Virus record (IMG/VR): IMGVR_UViG_3300003323_000115
Span: 2,270-66,269 of that record
Direction: 5' to 3' (one strand)
DNA length: 64,000 nt
From: a virus
The number at the start of each line of letters is the position of its first letter. Positions within the stretch are counted from its first letter, which is position 1. The notes beneath the pieces were generated by a model, which saw nothing but the letters and a program-made list of their open reading frames with translations, was not told the origin of the DNA and made no database searches. The position numbers and the translations under genes are program-made. This document shows positions 36,601 through 46,498 of this stretch, piece by piece.

Positions 36601-39600
36601 GCCAACACCGAAGTTGCCCATAAGGGTGTTGTACTGATCTTGGGCGTAGTACAGATCAGCAGGATGCTGACTATTCGGGTTGTCCATCAGATCTTCCATC
36701 ACGAGGTTCTTCACGACGTGATCGTAGAGAGCGTGTGCACGGGACATCGAGGCACCGTTGATACGTGCCTCGGTACCCAGAGCAGATACCACCATCGAGA
36801 AAGCGTCACGTTCCTGTTGCGTGGGCAGCAGGCCATGGGCAGCGAACTCGTTGGTCAGGTCCACGTCTTGCAGCAGAGCAGCAGTCTCAGCACGACGCTT
36901 CTGTTCCATCGCAGGCGTGAGTTGCACGTCACGATCAAAGCGAGCATTCACCGTGTCAACGATGATCTGCTGGAAGCCTTGCTTCACACGTTCCAGACGG
37001 TCACTCGTTCCGTACAGCGTGTTGTGAGCCTGGATGCCGGGAGCACCCTGGAAGCTCACACCCTTTTCTGCTTGGTTCCGAATCACGACAGCCGTGTTGA
37101 ACAACAGGTTCGACAGCATGTCGTTCTTGGGAACAGAAGGTGCAACCTTGCGGCCCCACACCATCTTTTTGATGCCTTGCCAGACCTTCTCGGCAATGGC
37201 CACCAGGGGCGAGAAAACCTTGTTCTTCTGGATCTCAGCCAGCTTGCGATTGGCCAAGCTCCATGCCATGAACTCGTTCACAGCCGAGGCCATATTCCCG
37301 AGGTTGACCTCACGATTCACGACAGCGACAGCGTGCTCGTACAGCGCACGAGTTTCCGGCGTACCAAACCGATTGGTCTGAGTCGCCAGAAACTGCTTCA
37401 TCATCGCTTCGATATTTTCGATGGCAGTCTTGGTCGTGGGCTCGACGGTACCGCCGTTGTAGTGAGCCGTCAGGGAATCGGTGACCGATGCATGGATGAG
37501 TTCATGCAGCGTCGTTTCCAGAGAGCCATTCATCACAGCGATGATCTTGTGCTGGGCATCCGAGAAGCCAGCCAGATTGCCACGTGCAAGCTCTTCAGGC
37601 GAAGGTTGATAGGTAGGCATGCCCTTGGCATTGAACCAAGCAAGAACAGCCTCAGGCGTGCCCGTCACGAGACGCCAGCCATCAGCAGCCTTGGCTCGGA
37701 CGATCTCACCAATGATCTGACCTTCAGCATCTGTGGCCGAAGTCTTCTTGACCTTGCGCAGGAGCTTGTTGATGTCCTTCACATCACCAACCCGCACATC
37801 ACCATCGGCAGTACCGAACTTCGAGAAGTCAGCCTGCACATCGATGTTCCAGGGGCTCGTACTCTTCGGTGCTTCCGGCAGGTCAGCAACGACGGGGATG
37901 GGACGAATAGTCTCATCCTGCACAACCGGATCTTCGAGCACCACAGGCTCAGTGGTGAACTCTTCAGGAGGCGTCATCACCTCGGGAAGATCTTCGATGG
38001 TGCGTTGCTTCAGTTCCAGCGCAGGCTGGTTCTGACGCTCTTCGAGCAGCAGTTGTTGAAGTGCTTCTGCCTTCTGCTCGTTGTCACCCACGAGCTCGAT
38101 CTTTCCAGGCGTCTGGTAGGGTGCACCCACTGATGCCATTTGATCCAAGGAAGCAGAGACCTTCGCCAGCACAGCATGGCGTGCATCGATGTCACGGGCA
38201 GCGTACTGCACATCATGTTCCAGGATTTGCAGAGCACCCAGGATGTCTTCCGGGGTCAGGTCTTCAGGAACAGTCTTGCGATCAAAGATCGCCTTGGCGA
38301 GTTGCTTCTTGACCTCCAGGTCATTCAACGGAGCCAAGGACAAACCATCCAGCATTGCCGAGAACATCTCAGCAACAGCCTTCATCGGGTTGCCTTGCCA
38401 GGACTCATAGACAGCCTTGTTCATGCCTTGGCTGGCACCAACGATGTTGTCCAGGGGCAGATTGATACCGTCGAACACAGGCAGGGTTCCACGGATCACT
38501 GATGCATCTTGGGATGCGTGCTGCATCATGGCACCGTCACCGGTACCGATTACCAAGGAGGCGATGCCAGCCACACCTGCATTTGCAGGGCCTTGCACGA
38601 ACTGGCGAACTTCCATGCCGCCATTGACATGCTCGGTCATCACTCGACGCTTCTGCTCTACCGACTGGCTGTCAGCGATATAGAACCGCTGGCTACCGGT
38701 GTCGATGAACGGATGCAGCGGAGCAAGCTGCTTCTGGATATCGTCGAGTTCTGCTTGAGTCAGGAACTCGGATTCAGAGAAGTTGGGATTGGCTTCCTTC
38801 TTCTCTGCCAGCTTTTGATTCACAAGACGCTGGAACTCATGCGACAGGAAGATCGACTGCACCTGAGTTGCTTTGCGGATCATCGTGGTTGCATCGTTCA
38901 ACGACTCGCCAGTGTTGTACGAGATCGCATCACGCATCGGACCAACGAAGATGTTGAGCATATTCGTTGCCATATTGTCGAGCTCACCACTGGTGAACTG
39001 GAACTTCTCCAGGTTCACATTCGAGTAGCTGCGACGGTTATCGATCGGTGTATCGATGACAACTTGTTCACCGCGAACAACACGGACTTGCTTGTTGATC
39101 AGCGAGTCCAGAGCCGAAGCGAAGGTGGCCATGTCAGCCTCTGCATTGGGACCAGGAAACAGACGTTGTGCAGTCGTTCCTTCGTCACCTTGCAGAGCTT
39201 CGCTCATGCGTTCATAGATCTTCTCGACGAGGTTCTGCACGACCTTGCCAGCAATGCCCTTTGCACCCGAACCGTAGACGGTGATCGTCAGCGGGTTCTT
39301 GGCGATGCCACGATCCAGCTTGAGCACACCGGTGTCTTCATCGAAGGACAGATCCTTGCCAAAGAACAGATCCATGACCTTGAACAGGTGACGCATCTGA
39401 TCACCAACAGGCGAACCAGCAGGATTGGCCTTGAGACCCATCACCATGGTTTCGGACATCGTGTTCGTGGTTGCCTTGTAGAGGTCAGTGCCGTCATCGA
39501 ATTCACGATGCTGGTTCATCGTCTTGTCAGGCTGACCGAAGAACAGGCCACCCTTGCCCATGTTCTTCACCCAGTCAGCAGTGAAGTCACCCATGGAGAG

Positions 39601-42600
39601 CAGGCCCATCGAGTTGACCGGACCATTGGTCACACCGTCCGCTTCAACGTACAGGTGCGTCTCGAATGCCTTCTTGTCCGTGGTATTGCGAAAGCGTGCT
39701 TCTTCCATCAAGGCATGTAGAGCCACAGCGGACATGTCACCACCGAGGTTGTCCTTCAGACCCTGCACCGTTGCTTCATCGATCACACCACCAGTTTGGA
39801 GCCAAGAAGCAAGGGACTCCACGCTATCACGCAGTCGGCCTTCGAACAGATCCGACAGTTGCTTTTGCATGGTCTCACGGCTGATCTGATGGACCTTGAT
39901 ACCAAGGGCTTGTGCCTGTGCGAGACGGAAGGCTTCCAGTTGATCTGCTTGGGTCAGATCCATCACCGAACGAGTCGGCATGATCATCTCACGCAGCATC
40001 TTGTTCGACTGAGGGGTGTAGGCACCCAGCATCTGAAGACGGCCAACCTTGGACATGTTGAAGCCATAGTGGATCGGGTGACGATCTGCTTCGACACCTG
40101 CCACGTCAGCAGCATTCGAGAGCTCGGCCATCAAGCCCTCGGCGTAATGGAAGGCATCGACGATTGCTGCATTCTGTCCTTCCACAGTCTTGCGATGCCC
40201 ATCGTTCCACTTCTGGGCAGCAAGGTCACCATTGCCTAGGAGATGCAGCACAGCATCCAGGCCCAGACCTTCCAGGAAGAAAGACGACATCGTGTCGTTC
40301 TTGAAGTACGGAGTCTCCTGGTTGGCCTTGATCGCTGCCTTCTGTGCAGGCGTGTTCTCGGTGTAGCGGCTGCGCATTTGATGCGTAGCAACCGGAGGAC
40401 GTTCATCACCGAAGTAGTGAACAGGCGTGGGCTTCACCAGCATAGCCACATCGATGGCATTCGGGAAACCTGCAATCACACTGTCCTTGCCCATCTTGCT
40501 CGTGGTCTTCCAACGAGTCTGCGAGACAGTTTCCTTGTTGGATCCAACGAGATCAGTGAACGTGAACTCAGCACGTTCAACCAAATCAGCAGCTTCCATG
40601 GCAGCAAGCACTTCCGTGGCGATTGCCATGGGAATGCCTTGCGTGAGACCGGTACCCACATCCTTCGTGGGTTGCAGTCCCCAGTACTGCTCGATCTTGT
40701 TGGCGATGGACTGGAGGGTCTCCAGATTCGTCGTACCAGCACGCAGCATGTCCAGCATCTCTTGGGTCACGAATGCTTCAGGAATACCCAATTGCTTGGC
40801 TGCATCGCTGGCATCTTCGACACCACGAGTCGATGCAGCAGTGATGAACCATTGCAATCCAGCCAGTGCAGCAGCTTGAGCAAGTTGCTCGTTGTAGCGC
40901 ATGCCACCCTTGCCATCATCCTCCAGCAGGTTGAAAGCCTTGGTGTTCGGGAAGCGCAGCACATCCTCACCAGCTTGCAGGCGAGACAGCAGGGTCTTTC
41001 CTTCATTGGCTCCGCTCTTCGGTGCCTTACTCAATGCCTTCTTGGCAGCAGCATTCATGGCATCCACCAGCGTGGGTACCATGCCAAGGATGCTCTCCTG
41101 GTAGAAGTCAGAGATCTCTTTGGTCAGTGCACGAGTAGGCGTAGAACCAAGAAGGGAAGTCAGGCCCTGTTCAGACGACAGTGCTTCGGTCAGCATGTCC
41201 AACGGAGATTCCGTTCGGAGCATGCGACTCGATTCCTCAGCACGTGGACGGAATCCACGGGTGAAGTAGTTGTTGGTGTTGCCCACGAGACCGGGAAAGA
41301 CTGCAGCCAGTCCCTTCGGAGAAGGGTTATTGTCCGGGGCTCGTTCAGCAACCTCGGGGGCAACAGACGAAGGTTGCTTCTCTTCTGAAGTTGTCTCGGT
41401 AGGACGTACAGCCGAAGTCTCTGTAGGTTCTTGCTTACCCTTGGGGGATTCAGTTGTCTGGTTCTCTGCAACAGTACCCTTGGTATCACCTGTTGCACCT
41501 TCGGTAACTTCCTGGTTGGAAACCTTCGTGGTAGCTTCTACGGTAGCATTCGTGCTCACCGTGGGCTCCGTTGCAGGAGCCTTTTCTACAACCAGTCTCT
41601 GCGAATCCTTGTATGCCTTTGCCAGATCGGCGGGGGTGCCGACCAACGAGGAATCCAACGGAGTGACATCAAAATGACCAATTCCCAGTTCCGGGTACGC
41701 ATCAGCGAGCGCATTCGCAACGCGGCCCACAGACTGAGCCTCTGCGGCAACACGTTGAGCAAATTGGATCGATCCCTGGGAACCACGGTGAATCTGGATC
41801 GGCGTCGTCCCATCACGCCACTCCCGCTCGGGAGCGGAGACCAGAGTACGGTAGAAGCTCTGACCCTTCGAATTCACATCCCGGCCAGCTACGTTGGCGT
41901 TGATCGCACCTACCTTGTTGCTCATGTGCTCCACGAATTGCATCAGGTCACTGAGCCGGGCAGCAGCCTCATCGAGATTACCCGCGTTGTGCGCAGACCG
42001 AACCCCCTTCGCGTATTGGGTCAGCGACTGCTTAGCCAAGCCCGCCGATTCACCATCAGCCGTCAGAACACCACGGCTCACCCAGTCTTCACTCTTTAGG
42101 CCTTGTGCTTGACGCACAGCGTCAAGGTCACGAGCAGCCTTGAGTTCTTCACTGATCACCATCAGGCTACGACGACGGGTTGCATTGATGCCGAGTTCCT
42201 CGGCACGCTTCAGCATCGCATCCACCGATTCCGGAGAGAGTCGGCTCGGATCCAGCTCCAGCATGGCGATATGGGCACGCAGCGAGGCACCCCCTTCAGG
42301 CGTGGAGATGTCCGTTTGCTCGGTGAAGGGGTTTGCCTGCACTCGCTTCGAAAGGCTCTCTGCGGCCTTGGCAACAGCCTCACGTGCACGTTCCACGGTG
42401 GGGGTCTGTTCCATGTCGTTGATCAGCGACCGGTATTGTTGGATGAACTGAACAGCCGGGTGATCGTCCGGAAGGTTCTTGAGAGCAGCAGGCTCCTTGA
42501 CCAGAGTATCAGACAGACCATCGAGAAGCAGTTGTGCAACCCGTGCGGACAGGTCACCTTCTTCACCGCCCTTCTTGGCATGCTCAGTCAAACGACGCAG

Positions 42601-44307
42601 CACATCCAGCTTGTCGGTAGAACCATCAAGCAGAGAACCAAGGAAAGGAAGAGCCTGCGTCAATTCCGAGAATTGCTCGGGATCGTATTGGCTGGACTTC
42701 ACCAACTCATCCACGTAGGCATTGGCTTCTTGCTTGGCCTCCGGGGCAACGGTCTCGGGCAGATCGTTCACAGCGGTCTTGACCGTTTCTGCGGCAGCAG
42801 GTGCTTCAGCAGCGGCAGCAGCAACAGCTTCTCCCACCTTGGCATCAGCCACAGGGGATGCTTCGGTGTTCTGTGCTTGGATACGTTTGCCTCGTTCCAG
42901 GAGCGGATTCACGAGAGCAGAGCCAAGGTTCACAGCAGTGGTGCCAAGGGTCGTTGCAGCACCTTCAACCAGGTGCGCACCAGTGCGGGGAGCTTGAACC
43001 AAGCCAGCAGAGGTGAAACCACCGAGGCCACCCAGACCAGCTTGTTCGCCTACCTTATCCAAGAGGTCTTGGTTCTGGTTGGCATATGCCTTCTGGCCTA
43101 CGTTCTGTGCAAATTGGCCGGTACCGGACTGGATGGTTTCCTCGACCGTCTCACGCAGTACATTGGCACCTGCATGACGCAGGTTTGCCACCGAGAAGGG
43201 GGCACCTTCGAACTTGCTCACCAGGGTACCCGTTGCAGCAGCGAGAGGCGCAGCAATGGCACCAGCAGTCAGACCTGCCTTGTTAGCAACAGCAACACGT
43301 GCCTGCTCGGGAGAAGCACCTTCCATGACCAGACGACTGAACTCGGGAGACTCTGCGAAGAGCTTCGAGAACGGCGTCTTCATCACTTCGTCTGCGGTCT
43401 GCTGGTAGGCACCACCACCTTCCATGGCACCAATAGCAATCGGAATACGAGTGGCTTCACCGATCTTGGCGAGTTGGGTAGCAGCAGCCGAACCTTCGGT
43501 CACCAGACCTGTACGGGCAGCACCAGCACCCAGGGCCTTGCCACCTGCACCAACCACCTTGCCAACAGGTCCAGCAGCCAGAAGGGAACCTGCACCGGTT
43601 GCAGTGAGGTCACCCAGCAGAACAGAGTCGCTGGCCTGATTCGACACAGCAGTCTTGAGATTGCGTGCCTCACGGCTGATCTTGGCAAGCGTAGGACTGA
43701 TGCCCGTACCAATGTCAGCTTGTGCCTGGGCTTCGGAGTCACGGTACTCCAGTTGATTTTCTACTTGGTTCAGATCCCGTCGAGCCTGGAGAGTTGAGCT
43801 TTGGCTCTTCTGGAAGGCATCGTTGATCTCACCAATGACCTGTGCAGTACGAGCACCAGCGTTGTCATTGATGGCACCCAGGCCGAATGCAGCGATGCCA
43901 CCAACGGCATTGCCAAGGCCAAGCCCAAGACCAGTGGCGGTGTCGTAGAAGGCTTCACCATTGCTTCGAACACCGGAGGCATCTTGTCGTGCCTGACTTG
44001 ATGCACCTGCTTGACCCAAGAGAAGATTCATCCCCTCGTTGGGATACTTCGCCAGGATCTGAGCAGGAGACAGGGTAGCAAGATCGAGCTCTAGACCTTG
44101 AGAGGTCTGACGGCCTGCATCTCGCATGGCACCAACTGCTGCATTGCGTTGCAGTTGATCCATTTTCGCTTGAGAGGCTGCTGCCACCTCCCCTTGTTTC
44201 ACCCCCGTCAATCCTTGGATTGCGGACAGGGGTGTCGCTTCCACAGTAGGCTGGGGAGAAACCGGAGTTGCAGTGGCTTGATTCATCAAGTCTTGAAACG
44301 TGGCCAT
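33655..44307 (-). CDS. Virion-encapsidated RNA polymerase (N4 gp50-like, about 3550 aa)
   Basis: Motif A YVEADGVTNG, motif B RGIAKNPLTITVYG, GTGDG...PVFDG; no Cys seen on reading, a known N4 vRNAP trait; start MATFQ at 44307. Confidence 0.97.
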   Translation of the reverse strand: MATFQDLMNQATATPVSPQPTVEATPLSAIQGLTGVKQGEVAAASQAKMDQLQRNAAVGAMRDAGRQTSQGLELDLATLSPAQILAKYPNEGMNLLLGQAGASSQARQDASGVRSNGEAFYDTATGLGLGLGNAVGGIAAFGLGAINDNAGARTAQVIGEINDAFQKSQSSTLQARRDLNQVENQLEYRDSEAQAQADIGTGISPTLAKISREARNLKTAVSNQASDSVLLGDLTATGAGSLLAAGPVGKVVGAGGKALGAGAARTGLVTEGSAAATQLAKIGEATRIPIAIGAMEGGGAYQQTADEVMKTPFSKLFAESPEFSRLVMEGASPEQARVAVANKAGLTAGAIAAPLAAATGTLVSKFEGAPFSVANLRHAGANVLRETVEETIQSGTGQFAQNVGQKAYANQNQDLLDKVGEQAGLGGLGGFTSAGLVQAPRTGAHLVEGAATTLGTTAVNLGSALVNPLLERGKRIQAQNTEASPVADAKVGEAVAAAAAEAPAAAETVKTAVNDLPETVAPEAKQEANAYVDELVKSSQYDPEQFSELTQALPFLGSLLDGSTDKLDVLRRLTEHAKKGGEEGDLSARVAQLLLDGLSDTLVKEPAALKNLPDDHPAVQFIQQYRSLINDMEQTPTVERAREAVAKAAESLSKRVQANPFTEQTDISTPEGGASLRAHIAMLELDPSRLSPESVDAMLKRAEELGINATRRRSLMVISEELKAARDLDAVRQAQGLKSEDWVSRGVLTADGESAGLAKQSLTQYAKGVRSAHNAGNLDEAAARLSDLMQFVEHMSNKVGAINANVAGRDVNSKGQSFYRTLVSAPEREWRDGTTPIQIHRGSQGSIQFAQRVAAEAQSVGRVANALADAYPELGIGHFDVTPLDSSLVGTPADLAKAYKDSQRLVVEKAPATEPTVSTNATVEATTKVSNQEVTEGATGDTKGTVAENQTTESPKGKQEPTETSAVRPTETTSEEKQPSSVAPEVAERAPDNNPSPKGLAAVFPGLVGNTNNYFTRGFRPRAEESSRMLRTESPLDMLTEALSSEQGLTSLLGSTPTRALTKEISDFYQESILGMVPTLVDAMNAAAKKALSKAPKSGANEGKTLLSRLQAGEDVLRFPNTKAFNLLEDDGKGGMRYNEQLAQAAALAGLQWFITAASTRGVEDASDAAKQLGIPEAFVTQEMLDMLRAGTTNLETLQSIANKIEQYWGLQPTKDVGTGLTQGIPMAIATEVLAAMEAADLVERAEFTFTDLVGSNKETVSQTRWKTTSKMGKDSVIAGFPNAIDVAMLVKPTPVHYFGDERPPVATHQMRSRYTENTPAQKAAIKANQETPYFKNDTMSSFFLEGLGLDAVLHLLGNGDLAAQKWNDGHRKTVEGQNAAIVDAFHYAEGLMAELSNAADVAGVEADRHPIHYGFNMSKVGRLQMLGAYTPQSNKMLREMIMPTRSVMDLTQADQLEAFRLAQAQALGIKVHQISRETMQKQLSDLFEGRLRDSVESLASWLQTGGVIDEATVQGLKDNLGGDMSAVALHALMEEARFRNTTDKKAFETHLYVEADGVTNGPVNSMGLLSMGDFTADWVKNMGKGGLFFGQPDKTMNQHREFDDGTDLYKATTNTMSETMVMGLKANPAGSPVGDQMRHLFKVMDLFFGKDLSFDEDTGVLKLDRGIAKNPLTITVYGSGAKGIAGKVVQNLVEKIYERMSEALQGDEGTTAQRLFPGPNAEADMATFASALDSLINKQVRVVRGEQVVIDTPIDNRRSYSNVNLEKFQFTSGELDNMATNMLNIFVGPMRDAISYNTGESLNDATTMIRKATQVQSIFLSHEFQRLVNQKLAEKKEANPNFSESEFLTQAELDDIQKQLAPLHPFIDTGSQRFYIADSQSVEQKRRVMTEHVNGGMEVRQFVQGPANAGVAGIASLVIGTGDGAMMQHASQDASVIRGTLPVFDGINLPLDNIVGASQGMNKAVYESWQGNPMKAVAEMFSAMLDGLSLAPLNDLEVKKQLAKAIFDRKTVPEDLTPEDILGALQILEHDVQYAARDIDARHAVLAKVSASLDQMASVGAPYQTPGKIELVGDNEQKAEALQQLLLEERQNQPALELKQRTIEDLPEVMTPPEEFTTEPVVLEDPVVQDETIRPIPVVADLPEAPKSTSPWNIDVQADFSKFGTADGDVRVGDVKDINKLLRKVKKTSATDAEGQIIGEIVRAKAADGWRLVTGTPEAVLAWFNAKGMPTYQPSPEELARGNLAGFSDAQHKIIAVMNGSLETTLHELIHASVTDSLTAHYNGGTVEPTTKTAIENIEAMMKQFLATQTNRFGTPETRALYEHAVAVVNREVNLGNMASAVNEFMAWSLANRKLAEIQKNKVFSPLVAIAEKVWQGIKKMVWGRKVAPSVPKNDMLSNLLFNTAVVIRNQAEKGVSFQGAPGIQAHNTLYGTSDRLERVKQGFQQIIVDTVNARFDRDVQLTPAMEQKRRAETAALLQDVDLTNEFAAHGLLPTQQERDAFSMVVSALGTEARINGASMSRAHALYDHVVKNLVMEDLMDNPNSQHPADLYYAQDQYNTLMGNFGVGVDSEGRSTLLSQFLALSMTSEKLRTALSKMELPKGADKNWGTLDGVLEAIGNTAMESLAARMSGEGKSTNVQGQLDALMNHIIDSTQERNNTFEEYFSKTGGFVDQANEKAKQALEALSKKVVDKADAVINSNSGTLVTQTAKLAKIMAAITSESIAEKVANGLQHEVNRSKLWAPLKNLLTDMIGRTSENAEVYDKIKKVRAYVTQVRQAYVEHVPTTIAKKFTRSLSDSEWTTLHNGVAKTDLASLVATGMTTTKVLNLIDDKTARTAEIKSLEADIARIDPDNAKRLKEKSEQLATFMRTGEAGVNLLRNATAIANLFGEKVSRGRDKPSDALIRAVDHLTSLYALDAQAEPDLKSLSSLVQTEKVGVAFALSYLVGQRAEEQSKTSISGKAEFNNYKGYIPSNQAESLSLIVADDSNFKDLAERSYKRIGDYAGSNIDPTKSSRGYYFSATPSRATFNQGILQNVRTTVNGVDAATGFTMGMTAGRITDRQLVAKIFRDMGKEKATENLLPVYNEMGVAVAFERSIDPAQLQRLQYNTHLAKNIGIWRGRQAEEQSGQIYNEYLIEALHKVWEADQQRGTGKDQYVDLFDKRALAKDPVLSDAVSLMTAQTKRTAQALFGKDHFWVRKDMLEDAMGYRQASIGDAWTGTTRWSQATQDQVRNLAISVFGNEAYRYLVQAEKTVQNFVQDARVIIVVKSMIVPAANFVSNLYQLAGRGVPLGSMVRQFPRKTAEVNAYVKSKLRAIDAEAELRAAEGNTVLTRKLQAEIQSIEDSHRRLSIWPLIEAGEFSSISDAGISRDEILLSEGRLHAYMERLVSKLPGAAQTVGRYALVTKDTALFEGLQKAVEYGDFLAKAVLYDDLTMRKKLTKEQALARVTEEFVNYDRLPGRFRGYMEAMGMMWFYNFKIRSTKVALSMIRNNPVNALLAGLTPAPSGVGTPLGDNLFSKGLSGSLWGSLGIGQGFRALHLNPWANILF

Positions 44308-44339
44308 AGTGTACCCTGAATTCGAGATATGTTGGAGGT

Positions 44340-44348
44340 AGTGTATCA
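44340..44348 (-). promoter_or_regulatory. Candidate sigma70 extended -10 late promoter for vRNAP
   Basis: TG-A-TACACT on the - strand, 33 nt upstream of the start and just downstream of a terminator; N4 late genes use host RNAP. Confidence 0.35.
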
Positions 44349-44358
44349 CCCCCAAATG

Positions 44359-44388
44359 AAAAAAGCCCCGTCTGGGAAGACGAGGCTT
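44359..44388 (-). terminator. Rho-independent terminator
   Basis: AAGCCTCGTCT-TCCC-AGACGGGGCTT followed by TTTT on the - strand. Confidence 0.8.
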
Positions 44389-44413
44389 CGGCAGGACTAC
44401 CCGAGTCTACCGT

Positions 44414-46489
44414 TTACCAGGATCCAAGCATCGCCTTGTTCATCCGATCCTGTTCACTTTCGGGGGTCGAAACTGCCACAGGTGCCTTACGGCCGGTCGG
44501 GTTGTACCCCGGATCGATCAGAGTTTCAGCCCGTACCGAGTTGAATGCAGCCGTGGCCTGAGCCAGTGCCTGTTGAGCACGAGCCAAGGATTCACGAGCA
44601 CCGGGCTGGATGTTCACCCGTTGCTGCCACATCGTCACGGCGTCCTGGGCCTTCTGCACATTGTCCCGTGCAGTGTTGACCTGTTCGATCTTCGCTTGAC
44701 GCTGGGTGTTCGCCAGGGCCTGCTGAAGGATCGGGGAATTGTCCTGACGCAGTTGTTGGATGGTGGCCTTGACACCATCATCATTCAACCGCTGACCATT
44801 CCCCAGGTTCACCGTGTTGCCGAGCAGTCGGTTCGGGATCACGTCGGCAATGTTGGTACCGAAGAAGCCGCCCTTGTTCGACGCTACGATGTTCTGACGC
44901 ATGATCTCACCAGCCAGAGCGGGGTTGACCTTGCCGTCTTGGACGATCCGATTGATCTGACCCAAGAGGAACTGACGGGAAGTTCCCTTGAACGGGCCTG
45001 CACGTAGTTCATCAGCAATCGTTCCCGCATCAGCATCGATGCGCTGTGCAGCTTTCACGTACTGACTTGCAACAGAGCCAGCGTTGTCCTGCATTCCACG
45101 CTCAGCAATCGAACCAACAGAAGCAGCAGCCTGCAAATTCTGAAGTTGTTGAGTGTTGGCACGTGCAGTGAACGGATCAGTTGCCGGTGCAGTTGCAGTG
45201 ACACTGGCTGGACCCAGAGTTCCACCAACTTCACCTTGGGTGATGAGACCACGCATCTGTTCCCAGGGAACATCCTTGTATGCTCCGGGCTTGGAGTCCG
45301 GAAGAGAGGTCCAGGTGTCCTTGAGATTGCCGCCCTTGCGAGCATCGAAGATGGCCTTGGCCACAGCTTCTTGATTCGCAGGAGTGAACGGCTGACTACG
45401 CCAGTTGTCACCCAGTACCTTGGGAGCGAAGTCTTCGAGGGTCTGACCGGTGATCTGGAATGCACCAGAAGCCGAAGAACCCATGCCAGGAGCATTGCCG
45501 AACTTGCCCTTGTTGCCGGGAATGAGAGTGTTCTTGCCGAAGTCCTGAACCTCGCCCATGGTCATCTGGGTCAACGGCTTCGGAGTGGCAACACCACCAA
45601 CCGTCATGTCCCAGCCAGAACCCTGAGTGGTACCGAAACCAGCGGTACCGGCAGCACGGCCCAGAGAGCCACCACCGGTTGCAGGTGCTCCACCTTGACC
45701 AGGGTTGAGACCCATGTTCGAACCAGGCACACCAGGAACACCACCTACCGAGCCGTTGTAGGCACCGGGGAATGCTTGCAGGAACAGGGCACGTTGACCA
45801 GGCGTCATCGGTGCCTGTTCGGCATAGGCCAGAGCAGTCGTCGGATCCAGATTTGCACCCTTGCGGATAGCATCCTGGATGTAGGCCTGTGCACCTTGGG
45901 TGTCTTGATCGTTGCGGACCACAGCTTGAGTCTGCACAGCACCCTGGGTTGCTTGCTGACGGCCAGTTTCTGCACCACGAGCAGCGGTCAGAAGATCGAA
46001 GCCAGCATTAGCCGGAGCCTGTGCAAGCAGCGGTTGAGCTCGGGACATGATGCCCCGGAGTGCTTCAGGATTCCCTTGGTTCGCTGCGATCTCAGCAGCA
46101 AACGGGCGAAGAGCATCCGTGGCAGCAAGATCACGTTGGCTTCGGTCGAACGAGGCAACATCACGGGTGTTGGCAATACGACCGGTGTCATCACGAACCA
46201 AGCCAGAAGCAAGGTCGATCAGACGAGCCGAAGCAGCAGCCGTAGGGGTACGGCCATTGAGCAGGGTACCGGATGCAAGAGCCTGATCGATGGCAGGAGC
46301 CGTCCGGTACTTCAGAGCGTCAGCCAGGATGGCTTGATCGTTCTGACGGTTCTGGTCAGCACGGTATGCACCCAGGGCATCCGAAATGCCTTGAGTGCCC
46401 GCACTGAACATGTTGGCGAATTGGCGATAGCCTTCGAGAGCACCGCTGAAGTTCGGCGCATCGACATTGCGCCAAGTGATTTGGGCCAT
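44414..46489 (-). CDS. Internal virion/ejection protein with lysozyme-like domain (N4 gp51-like)
   Basis: MAQITWRNV start; LTQMTMGEV...SSASGAFQIT...FTPANQE; Cys-free; synteny. Confidence 0.8.
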   Translation of the reverse strand: MAQITWRNVDAPNFSGALEGYRQFANMFSAGTQGISDALGAYRADQNRQNDQAILADALKYRTAPAIDQALASGTLLNGRTPTAAASARLIDLASGLVRDDTGRIANTRDVASFDRSQRDLAATDALRPFAAEIAANQGNPEALRGIMSRAQPLLAQAPANAGFDLLTAARGAETGRQQATQGAVQTQAVVRNDQDTQGAQAYIQDAIRKGANLDPTTALAYAEQAPMTPGQRALFLQAFPGAYNGSVGGVPGVPGSNMGLNPGQGGAPATGGGSLGRAAGTAGFGTTQGSGWDMTVGGVATPKPLTQMTMGEVQDFGKNTLIPGNKGKFGNAPGMGSSASGAFQITGQTLEDFAPKVLGDNWRSQPFTPANQEAVAKAIFDARKGGNLKDTWTSLPDSKPGAYKDVPWEQMRGLITQGEVGGTLGPASVTATAPATDPFTARANTQQLQNLQAAASVGSIAERGMQDNAGSVASQYVKAAQRIDADAGTIADELRAGPFKGTSRQFLLGQINRIVQDGKVNPALAGEIMRQNIVASNKGGFFGTNIADVIPNRLLGNTVNLGNGQRLNDDGVKATIQQLRQDNSPILQQALANTQRQAKIEQVNTARDNVQKAQDAVTMWQQRVNIQPGARESLARAQQALAQATAAFNSVRAETLIDPGYNPTGRKAPVAVSTPESEQDRMNKAMLGSW

Positions 46490-46498
46490 TGCGACTCC

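Noticed and set aside
35500-42650. GAACCAAGGA matches on the + strand inside vRNAP (about 35508 and 42635)
   Set aside because: Reverse complement of common Leu-Gly-Ser codons in a - strand gene; treated as background for the junction motif.
44308-44355. ORF-track N-terminal extension of vRNAP, and similar early starts (33143, 27944, 30239, 51446, 57322, 62501)
   Set aside because: Downstream ATGs have better SD spacing, and the extensions run into terminators or neighbouring genes.
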